Positions 53,714-64,000 of a stretch of 64,000 nt of DNA are shown in pieces. The notes below the pieces were generated by a model that saw only the letters and a program-made list of their open reading frames with translations, searched no databases and was not told where the DNA came from. Origin of the DNA: Eledone cirrhosa. Taxonomy: Eukaryota. The stretch is taken from NCBI GenBank assembly GCA_964016885.1, contig OZ024740.1, positions 145,204,001-145,268,000 on the forward strand, in the 5' to 3' direction. How positions within the stretch are numbered: the stretch's first letter is position 1; every line of letters starts with the position of its first letter. The translations under genes and the position numbers were made by a program.

Positions 53714-54693
53714 AAATTGATAACTTGACGTGAGTGTGAACTCACGACCGAGGAACTAAGTGTCTGCTACTTTCGTCAATCATCTGAAGTACAAACTCGT
53801 CGCCAGACTTTGGTACTCAGACTGGGCTTTACAATATTCTAGGTGGGCAATTTTATTTAAGGAACGTTTTTCAGGGCGGTTTTTTAAAACTCTATTTTCT
53901 AAATCTGAGGGTACACCATTGAAAAGTAAGAGGCAATGTCATCCAGTGACATCCTATTCCTTCCTTGGCGACGGGCCCGCTGTGGAACTCCCAAAGGAAA
54001 CCAAAATTTACTCTTTTACAAATAACATAAAAGTATATCATCCACCCATTTTGTAATTTGATGAAATCAAAGGAATTTGACATGATGGTATCAAGTAATT
54101 CAATCTGAATCGTTTTTCGTTTTTTTTTTGTTTTGTTTTTTTTGCATTCCGTTCTAATAGAATTTGTTAAGCACATAAGGAGCTCTAGGTAATATTCATT
54201 TCAGCTCATGATGTAAACTTGTTTAAAAAAAGATACCAACATTAAGTGGATGCTGATTGAATGTCTAAAAAAGTATCAATTTTGTAGTTGGAAAAATGAA
54301 GACGATCTTTTCTACTTCAGCTTTTCCTATCTTTACGTCAACAATAAATTAAAAAATCAGTTAACTAGTGTTATTTTTAAAGAATATTTTATTAATTGTG
54401 TTGATTGTCACTATGTACAATAAACCAAAGTATCCAAAAGTTAATGTTAGTGGACTTATTCATGTTACCTTATACTTGTTTACCCTGCTTGTTAGTGGTA
54501 GTTAGTGAAGCATATACAGGTTTTGTTCTCCTAAAATTGGTTTAATTTTTTTAAAATGTATAAGTTAAAAGGATAATGGATTATTTCAAAAGTTTTAAAA
54601 TGAATATGGAAGAAATAGCATTATAAATAAATAGAAATTAATGCACCCTCTACAAAGCACCGAATAGCGTTGTTGTCACCTGAATTATGCTTT

Positions 54694-54917
54694 TTATTTT
54701 GGTACGATACAATCTCCATTTAAGTTCATAGCGACGATTGTCCCATCAGCAAGTTTCAATTCGCACGAACCGATACCTTGCAGAGGGTTTTTGTCTTTGA
54801 GAAGATGTGGACAGATCGCTTCGATTGGATCGTCATCATCACCAGCTTGAATAATGTATCCCATCGTATGTTCATCAATCCTTTTTGACCCTCTCTGGAT
54901 ATGGTACTCAACCAAAC
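54694..54917 (-). CDS. Terminal coding exon of putative 96-aa host protein
   Basis: Acceptor TTTTGTTCTACTTCTAG, phase-compatible with exon 58793-58863; stop TAA overlaps AATAAA. Confidence 0.65.
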
Positions 54918-55329
54918 CTAGAAGTAGAACAAAATAGGTCACATTATTGAGGAATAATCATAAAATGAAAATACTTTGTCACAGCGTTTATAATTTTGAA
55001 AAGGGAGTTAAATATTTCAGTTTTTAATAAAATAATTTTATCAAATAATACTGAAAAATTACTTCCAAATTTTGTGTTATTTACAAAAAGCACAATCTAA
55101 GCTCATTAAAGTTAATTCTATTAGAAACCACAATAATGCATTGTTTCTGGTTGGTAATTTTTCCTACAATGATGTGCTAACAACAAATATAGATATAAAG
55201 TCATTGTTATGTGAACCAGTGTTAAATTGATTTCCTGCTCAGGAACAAACCGCGTGTACTCCAATTATAGAGGGATCTCCTTGTTAAAACTCCAGTAAAG
55301 GATATGCAATATGTCTGGCAAAGAGATGT

Positions 55330-56355
55330 AGGGAGATTGTCGAGTCCAGTGTGGTTTTAGCCCCGGACGCAGCACAGCCGACCAAATATTCACACTGCAG
55401 CAGGTATTCGAGAAATCGTGGGAATATTGCCAAGAGATACATTCTTGTTTTTCGACCTTGAAAAGGCTTTTGACTGCGTTCCTCGGGACCTGCTGTGGAA
55501 AGTTCTGCAGGAGTATGGGATCGATGATCAGCTTCTTGTTGCCCTGATCTCTCTATATGAATGCCCGAGTATTTGTGTTCGGTTAAGTGGCGCTAAATCG
55601 AAACCATTCAATGTAAGAGTCGGTCATTATTTTCATGAACAGAATTGACATACGCAGTCGGACTGGAAGTGGTATCACGACTGGCAAGTGTAGGATCAGT
55701 CAGCTGGAATTTGCTGATGACATGATATTACCTTACTCGACAGAAGGTGGTCTCCGACATATATTTTGATAGGTTTGATGTCGAGTGCCGCACGACAGGA
55801 ACGAAAATCAGTGCTGTGAAGACTGAAACACTCGTCCTCTCAAGGAAGCTAGCTTCAGCATTCGGTAATCAGAAGAGGAGAGATGGTGTAAAAGCCAAAC
55901 TTGCTATCTTCAATTCGATATCCGGGCCACCCTTTACCTATGGACCGAAAGAATACAAGCGATTGAAACGGAGTTCCCCCGAAGGATCTTTGGAATAACG
56001 TTAGTTGATAGAGTGCGTAACGCGGAGATCAGAGAGTCGCTCCAGGTAGAGCCGCTACTTCTCCGAATTGAGAGATCACAGCTCCGATATAACGAGAACG
56101 TGGCGAGAATGTCTCAGGAAAGAACGACTGGATAGATTTTACGGGCAAAATCAACCGATAGGAGACCCAGGAGTAGACACTGAGCAAGATGGTTGGATAA
56201 CATCCATGACCTCAGCTGGTCTCATTTGGAGATCCAGCTGGATCAGTTCGAGACGGTTGCATCTGACAGGACCCGCTGGAAGGAGTGTTTGAGGACTGAC
56301 TCTGCCCCCCCCCCCCGACCCTCTCAGGAATAAGTGGGCGAAGAAGAAGAAGAAA
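55330..56355 (+). mobile_element. RTE LINE, decayed RT + 3' end, (GAA)n tail
   Basis: GFSPGRSTADQIFTLQQ, FDLEKAFD, FADD; 3' part homologous to 46087. Confidence 0.85.
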
Positions 56356-56496
56356 CCTAAACAGCTGCAACGAATTTGGCAATTTTACCTCTATGCTTTT
56401 GTTTTTATCGTGACCACCGCGTCTTTTTGTATATAAAGGATTACCGTATTTTTCTGCCTTCTCATAATTATATATATATATAAACAGTCGGGTAAA

Positions 56497-56588
56497 GGCG
56501 GTGGATTGACAGTATTGGTAGAGCGTCAGACAACATGCTTTGCGGCATAGAGTTGCGGTTCTTTACGTTCCGAGTTTAAATTCCGCCA
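56497..56588 (+). mobile_element. SINE family A head
   Basis: GGCGGTGGATTGACAGTATTGGTAGAG..GAGTTTAAATTCCGCC. Confidence 0.65.
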
Positions 56589-56597
56589 CTATATTTT

Positions 56598-56900
56598 GCT
56601 ATATTTTGGGAGGTTCATGCTGCCAATAAAATCATGTTCACAAGTTGAGTTTCACTTCAGTTTTATTATTTGTCAGGTAACTAATCAATTCATCGGTTAA
56701 TTAATTAACTTAATGGTTATTTAATTGTCAAAGCTTTTTCGTCGCACATTTTGCGACCTCAATGATTATTTTGGTCATCTGTGCCTTATCTTCGTTTGAT
56801 TTTGTTTTATTTACATCATCTTGTTTTTCTGTGGCGTGTGTATGCTATACGCTTGTGTGTGTATGTCCATGTGTGTTTACGTGTGTGTACGATTTTGTAT
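56598..56900 (-). mobile_element. Diverged pLTR related to the 22057 PLE with degenerate HHR
   Basis: TATATTTTGGGAGGTTCAT end; minus GTCGCA-AAATG-TGCGAC-GAAA. Confidence 0.55.
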
Positions 56901-57132
56901 ATTGCTACTTCTGCAAGTAAGGAGTGCCACATATTCGGACTTCAGGTAAGATATATACCGCTACTCTTCTTCTGTACTAGTTTAGGATGGAGTGTTATTC
57001 TTAATTATATATTCCTTCAAGTTAAACTGAAACTTTAATTATCTTCCATGTAACTTGAGGAAGGTACCAGATGATAGGTGTAGACAAGCATCGAAGAAGC
57101 CTGCCCTTCTATTAATTAACTGCTGTTCATCT

Positions 57133-57540
57133 TTAAGAATCTAGAGTTTCACTCAGACAGACTGCAAACACTGGACTCACCACGGTCAGAAAGTACCTCG
57201 CGATTTTGGACCATTCTGATGAGTATTGAGTTTTATCTAGCTTGAACCTCCAGATCAGCTCTGAAAGGGCCATGCATTTTTTTTTCTTCTCAATACTATT
57301 GAATATGTGGGTATGATTGTATAATCGCTCCTTAAAACTGGCCGACGTTGCCCCGATGTATCTGTAAGTAGAGTTTTTAATGGTAACTCTACATTGGTAG
57401 ATCAAATTTTTCCTTAGGCATTTGTTACTAAGTGGGCAACGAGAATCAGGGTGTCGACAGTTGCATTTTCCGCTCAGCAATGTCGTAATCCGTGGTGGCT
57501 CGACTTCCGGCAGGGTTGGATTGCTCAACCCCAGGCTCAT
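57133..57540 (-). pseudogene. Hydra-like PLE GIY-YIG fragment
   Basis: CNC..CPLSNKC..LIYQC..YIGAT..FKERL..H. Confidence 0.8.
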
Positions 57541-58298
57541 GCTCTGATTCCCTTAGTTACTTCGGTTTTAACGTCGTGTCTGTGTTCCTATAATTATTAT
57601 ATATAATTACTATGTATGTATGTATGTATGTATGTATGTATGTATGTATGTATGTATGTACTAGTAACATGTATCCCAGTACAACCTGTCTCATGGTCGG
57701 GTCGTTGGCGACTAAACTGGCAACCCCACCAAGGTTTCTTGGTGAGGAGGGTGACTTTGGACATCCTGCAGGACTAAAAACAAAACCTGTCAAAGGGCAA
57801 AGGAGCTCTTAAGAGTCAATGGCCATCCAAAATCACCGGGAGAGATGACCCCTTAGCCTTTGTCAAGGCAGAATTCTAGGAGAAGGAAAACTCTGATATA
57901 ACACCTGCAACCCCAATGGTATCCAATGATGTTGACCTGTTCTTCTTTTTGGTAAATATCAACTTGGTTAAGAGAGTGGGACTGGCTTTGTGCAGTGCCT
58001 TTGCTCACTATAAAAGCTTCACGGCACAGGCATTGCTTTATATCTGGAGATCTCTCTGCACTTGTCATCACATGGTACCATGGGCCCAGCACTATGTGTC
58101 AATAATTGTCACAAGTGTAGTGTTTGTACCAGAGTTTTCAAGTCGCTGGCTGGACTATAAAGTCACACTTGTCCAGCGCATCGGTAGGGGTTTCCTACAT
58201 GGATATAAAGTAGTGGCCGTACTCGAAAACCAGTTGGCAACCACCATGTATGTATGTATGTATGTATGTATGTATGTATGTATGTATGTATGTATGTA

Positions 58299-58341
<43 letters not shown>

Positions 58342-58366
58342 GCGTGCGTGTGCGCGTGTGTGCGTG

Positions 58367-58398
<32 letters not shown>

Positions 58399-58792
58399 CG
58401 GAAGCAGATTTAAAGCCACAATTTTGGTTTTTAAATACACACCGAAAAAAAAAATGATACATAGTGCAATGTGTCATTTCTTTAAATAAAACCGCAAGGT
58501 CTACTTTAGAGAATTTTGTTGCTACTTTTAGAATATCGACAAGCTGCCATGCTGATTCATTGCTTCTACGTGTTCGTTAGTTGTAGTTTGAAAAATTAAA
58601 CTAGTATCATAAATCGTTGTTGGATGAATTTGAAGTTGTAATTCTTTTTTAAATCTGAAGATTTTCTAGAAGAGGTAACATGGGAAATGGCTATGTTCAT
58701 GTTTTTGCAATAAATACTACTGATTAACTAAATTTCAATAACGCTCTGTGTTATCTATCGTAAAGAAGTGTAACCACACTGACAATATTTAC

Positions 58793-58859
58793 CTTCAATT
58801 TTGCTGGCGTCTATCTCCTCCCATTTATCTGCTAGCACTTTATCAATTAAAGAGTCCAT
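58793..58859 (-). CDS. First coding exon of putative 96-aa host protein (exon 58793-58863)
   Basis: TTTCTTTGTCTCTTTCAG|AATAATGGAC...GAAG|GTAAA; encodes MDSLIDKVLADKWEEIDASKIE, phase 1. Confidence 0.65.
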
Positions 58860-59039
58860 TATTCTGAAAGAGACAAAGAAATGGCAAGGAATTAGATTTT
58901 AGGAAAAAAATTTACAGTGCATTGTATGGTTTTCATTTGTAATAAGGATATAAATACGAAATAATAATTGATAGTTGATTTCATGTCCATGTGGCTTTGG
59001 TAGTTATTTAGGTTTGTAAATTACTGTTCATTGGAGTAG

Positions 59040-60830
59040 ATTTGATGATTCCTGTTCTATGTTTCACTCCAGACATCTTGGTTTTAGGTAATGGTTATTA
59101 TTTGAACAAGATGCTATAAAGGGCTTTTTCATTCAGGTTGTTCTTCCTTTTTGTCGTTACTTTCTTGGACATCCCCTGGTCTATTATCTCCCCCTTCAAT
59201 ACATCCTTAAGCATTGGCGCGTTACTCTCAGACACATATTTATGTGAACAGTTCTTCTCTATCTGAACATAGCAAACGCCCCCTCCCCACCGCTGATAAG
59301 ACCTCTCCCACCTTCAGATCTCTTTAAGTACAGTCTATCAACATCACCCTTCTTATGAAACATACTATTATAAGTAGTCATTAATTTCATTGTCTTTTTA
59401 TACAGTTCTATTTGTTCGTTTACATTCTATTTAGGAATTTCAGATGTATTCAGATTTTTTATGTATTCAGATCTTATTAACTCCTTCATTTTATTTCCTT
59501 GATGTTATCTGCCTCCAAAACACACAATTACCTATATCCTTCTTCTGTGTCAATCTCCTTTATCACCTCACCCGTTGGTATCTCGATTCCTTTGCTTCTC
59601 TTCAATTTACCCCTCCTCATCACTAGAACTCCACACGTATTAACACCAGATTCCATACATATAACATTGCTGAAAATACGAACAATGTAAACAAGTACAT
59701 CCAACTACTCGTTCTTCCCGAAGAGTTTTAGGTCGTCCGTGAAGAGGAGGTGGTTGATGGTAAACTCTCCTCTTCGCAGTTTCTATCCTGTCTTCAGTCT
59801 TTGCAATACGATGGGCAAGGGTATGAGGGTAAGATACCTCTCTTGATTTTCACTCTTCCCAAGGATTCTCCCCCTGATGTTAACTGTCTCCCAGTTATTC
59901 TTGCTATTACTTAATAGCAGTCTGATGTTTTCCGCCGCCATGACGATTTTTAGGCTCTTGGCTATGCAAGAATGAGGAATCATGTCGAATGCCTTCTTGT
60001 TAACTATCCATCCCATGGCAAGACCAGTATGCCTCTTCTTGCGGTTCCTTATCATCTTGTCAATATGAAGCTGGTCTTTTGAACCACGGGATTTCTTACG
60101 GCATCCTTTCTGTTTCAATAAGTTGTTTTTGTCGAGGCGGTGGTAGATTTCATAATGTTTGTTAGCAATTTCCACATCAAGGACAGATAGGCCTATAGTT
60201 GGTAACGTAATTTCTTTTGGCTTGTTCTTTCATTATTAGAACCGTTGTACCTTTTGTCAACCAGTGCGATACTTCACCCGACATCAAGCAGTCATGAAGA
60301 TGGCTGCCAGTATCGGGTGGAGAGACGTAATATACTTAGTCCAATATCTTTGCACACCACCAAGCCTGGTGATTTCCAGTTAGCTAATTTATTGGCATGC
60401 TTTTTAAGGGTTTCAACCGAGATATTAAAATCAGGTTGTTGTATTTGTTCATTAATCTCCTTTTTACCAGTCTCAATCCACTCTGCCCGACTATTATGCT
60501 CAACATCCTGCTCCCAAATGACTCTCCAAAATGCGTTTGTCTGTTCAGCCTCATGAATAGCATCGTTGCCTCTTTCTTTCCCTTCTAGCTGTTCAAATAA
60601 CACCTAGTTGTTGTCGAACATGCGGTTCTGCTCTCAAAATCTTTTGATTTTTGCACTTTTGGCTATGGCACGTTGCTTTAACTCCTCTATTACAATATTT
60701 AGTCATTTTCCCTATGAGTTGTATTTCCTTGTCAGTCTATCCCTAGTATCTACGTTTTATAATGTCCCCTTTAATAAAGATTCAAGTTTCCTGATGTTAT
60801 TTCTTATTTCCTTTAGTATTATTATTATTG
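59040..60830 (-). mobile_element. R4/Dong-like non-LTR retrotransposon, decayed RT
   Basis: [47 protein letters not shown]. Confidence 0.8.
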
Positions 60831-60929
60831 TTGTTGTTTTGTATATATATTATTGGATATGTCGGTATTTATTTTGCTTCGCAATGAATAATGAAAAAAA
60901 TAAACCAAGCAGTAATAAAAATGGATGAA

Positions 60930-62170
60930 TGTCAGTGTTCTCTTTGCAATAAAGTTATATTAGAAAATGATGTGAAAACGATGTGAAAATATCCAAAGGG
61001 CTAGGAGAGAAAGCGACTTTTTATAACAACAGTATTTGGATAAGAAGTACTCATAGAATGTCTAAAAGTCCATTGTAGACGACGCTACAAAGAAGCCCAT
61101 ACACCAAGAAGAGATGATGAATCTTTGGAGGCCTAGAAACATGAACCGAGAAGTTTTTTTTTACAAGTAAACAAACAAACTAACAATGTCTATTGGACAA
61201 GCAATTGCACAATCAACCAGACCCCGAGTGATTATTGCTCCACTTCAGCTAGATCTAGATGCTCAACTCCATTATCATTTTGAATCTAGATTTCTTATTG
61301 ACATCTAACAGCAGTAGATTCTATTGCAGTTATGCTGAAGTGAATAAATCTGATAGATCTGTTGTAATCAGTCAAGGAACTGAAATTCAAAATCTCACAG
61401 CAAAAACATTTGTGCAATATGTTGCTGACAACGTAAATAACAACGCCTGTCTCTTGGTGACTATGACACATTACACGGCATGAGAATGGTTGCAGCAATT
61501 ACACCGAGTACATCAAACAGACAACCGATTCCTCAGTCACAACTGATGATGTGGCGGCTGTTGGAAAGGAGGTCAATATGCAGCATTTCATTTCACAAAA
61601 ACAAGGGATTCAGGGTCCTTGATATCAGCAGCTTAAATACTACAATAGTGTAGAAGACCTGACTAATAATGCAGGGATTCTAGACAGGATACTTGGATCA
61701 TAACCATATCCTTGGACATGGATGTCGTAATTGATTTACGAGTGTGACTACCTTAAAGAATCAACTATTGATTAGTTGATGTAAATTCTAGTGACATGAC
61801 TTGAATTTACTCCACGCTGAGTTATATTAGTTTACATGTCAGATGGCACAAGGTCGTACCAACTGAGATATTTGACCAGCCGCTGTGACTCAAAGCAGTG
61901 ACACTTGATGAAAGTACTCTCTGTGACCAACACCAGCTGCAGCTAAATTCCAGTCTAAGGACCTATTTTTAAATACACCAGTAGATGCGCATTGATTCAA
62001 ACCTAAAGGCAAAAGAATGGGGTTGGCAAATTGACAGAGGACAATGCTTTCCTATTCTGACCCAAAAAGAAATGGCTCTAAATGAACCTCCTGAGGTGGT
62101 GACATGCAGTTGTAAGATTGATTGATCTATCAGAAAGTGCTCTTGTAGAAAACTAACAGAATGCTACAAA
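60930..62170 (+). mobile_element. Decayed DNA transposase (Academ-like, tentative)
   Basis: PRVIIAPLQL..FCSYAEV..FVQYVADNVN..HGM, C-terminal EWGW..P..C.C region; family call from motif recall only. Confidence 0.45.
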
Positions 62171-62294
62171 TTTTTGAAGCTTGAAAAATATTTGTTTTCC
62201 TTTTTATAACATTTTTGAAAGTTACAATACTTTGGTTACACTGACGTAAGTGGTAGATAGATTTAAAGCAAAAAGCAACATTACTACAAAAATA

Positions 62295-62592
62295 TCTATA
62301 TATAAAACCGAGGATGTGTGTGTGTGTGTGTGTGTGAGTTTGAATCCCTAAAACTCGAGAAGTACCCAACCGATTCTTTTTCAAACTTTACATGTGTATT
62401 ACTTATGTTTCAGGGAGTGTTATGCACATAAAAGATTTTTGATCCCCTAGGGCCCACATTAGGTGAAAAACTGCGTTTTTTCAGCTTTTTAGGGGTTTTT
62501 TGAGGCGTTACGTCAGACCGATTTCCTTGAAATTTTAACTATGTATTAGTCAGTATCTTCTTCATACCGTGAGCAAAGAAAATCCAACTTTA
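62295..62592 (+). mobile_element. Helitron 5' fragment
   Basis: Highly similar to ~42465-42730. Confidence 0.8.
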
Positions 62593-64000
62593 AAAATATA
62601 GGTTCTTAGTAGTATAAATGTTCATATTGAAATGATCGAAACGTTATAGTCATATTTGATAATGTTGTGCAATAGTTTGTTTTTCTCGTTAAGCTATCGT
62701 GTTTTGAGTCTTTAGAATATTTCATTCTTCAATATATGTAAAAAAGAGTTCCCAAATTAAAAGTTTAGTATAAAGAGAAGTCATGAGATTAACAATCGCA
62801 GTATCATGGCTTTGTCTTTTATTTATTTATTTGTTGTTGTTTTGTTTTTGGGTAGATCAACACTTGGGGGTTCTCATTTTTGAATAAAAATAGAAACTTG
62901 CTTACAGAGAAATCTAGCGTTAAAGAGAAGTCAATATTGATGCAATCTTGTTAAATAGTCTTTAAAGAAAATAACAGAAGTTACATTACAGCATATCAAT
63001 TATTAACTACAATACATGGAAACAGTTTCGCTCTGGGGTTAAAATGTTAGCTTTTAGCTTTGTAGTTTTATGGTTTTTAGTGATATATTTAGCGAAACAT
63101 TTGTATGGACATTTTCTTTTACTGAGAAAAGACTTTAAAATTGTTGATTAATTCCCACTTTTTGGCTTGTAATTACAAATGTGTAAAGGAACAAATAAAA
63201 AAAAAGGCAATTTCAATCTTTCTGAAATTATAGCGATTTCGATGGTTTTAAACAAAAATTTGTTGTAGATAAAAAAAAACATCGACATTACTTTATATAT
63301 ATTTTACTATTATCAATGCTCCAACTACTCTTCAACTATCCATTAGTTAGGCAGCTTTTATGATAACTCCTAACGCCCTGTAACATATGAAACCGCATTA
63401 GCAAAACATTCTTGGAAAGTATAAAGGAGTACTGCATCACATTAACGATTAGTCTTCATTCTAATACTGAAAATCTTCATAAAGATCTGGTCGTTAGTAA
63501 ATATACTATAAACATTTGAATTAACAAACCGCTTGGAATCACATTAGCAAGACATTCTTGAAAAATACAAAACAGAACTATAAACGCATCATATTTAAAA
63601 TTAAAGTTATTACCCCGATACTGCATAATTTTATAACAATATATTCGCTAGTGAAGATACTATAAACACTTTAATTACCTAACTCATTTTTAGATATTTC
63701 CTGCTAAATCATTACAGAATGTTAAGAGTTAAATAGTCTATATCATTTTCATAAGTTTGTATTTATATTCTTTATATATCTCCATGTTATATTTGTGGAA
63801 GGTTTTGTACGCAGAACTGTAAGCTAATGTAAAACACCTTACTTGTATCGCTTATAGCGGTAAACATTATTTTCCACCATACTATCTATCTATTAATAGC
63901 TATGTTAAATTGGACAGTGAAAGGTATTTTGGCTTAGATGTCAGCATAATGTAAGTAACAGGATAAAATCCATGGACATGTCGGTATGTTGGAACAGTGT

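Overview
AT-rich, microsatellite-dense animal genomic DNA. The SINE and (TA)n/(CA)n load suggest an octopod cephalopod, but that is inference only. Nearly all of it is nested transposable elements: a decayed full-length Gypsy LTR element inside a solo LTR inside a CRE-like retroelement, a Merlin DNA transposon, four Helitron derivatives, CR1-group, RTE and R4-like LINE fragments and tRNA-derived SINEs. There are also at least three large Penelope-like elements (PLEs), one with an intact 1210-aa RT/GIY-YIG ORF, and many short solo or fold-back PLE terminal repeats in (TA)n tracts. The main hidden signal is RNA structure. About ten type-I hammerhead ribozyme (HHR) motifs from about six families were read by eye. 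They include two families with the compensatory U3-A8 core (UUGAAAA), one with a ~105-nt stem II, and several fold-backs or truncations that break inside the catalytic core. Two differing SINE copies sit at the same ribozyme nucleotide in both arms of one palindrome. A spliced two-exon, 96-aa host ORF (58859-54694, minus) missed by the ORF track and a pri-miRNA-like hairpin are also candidates. All folds and alignments were done by eye and need computational confirmation.
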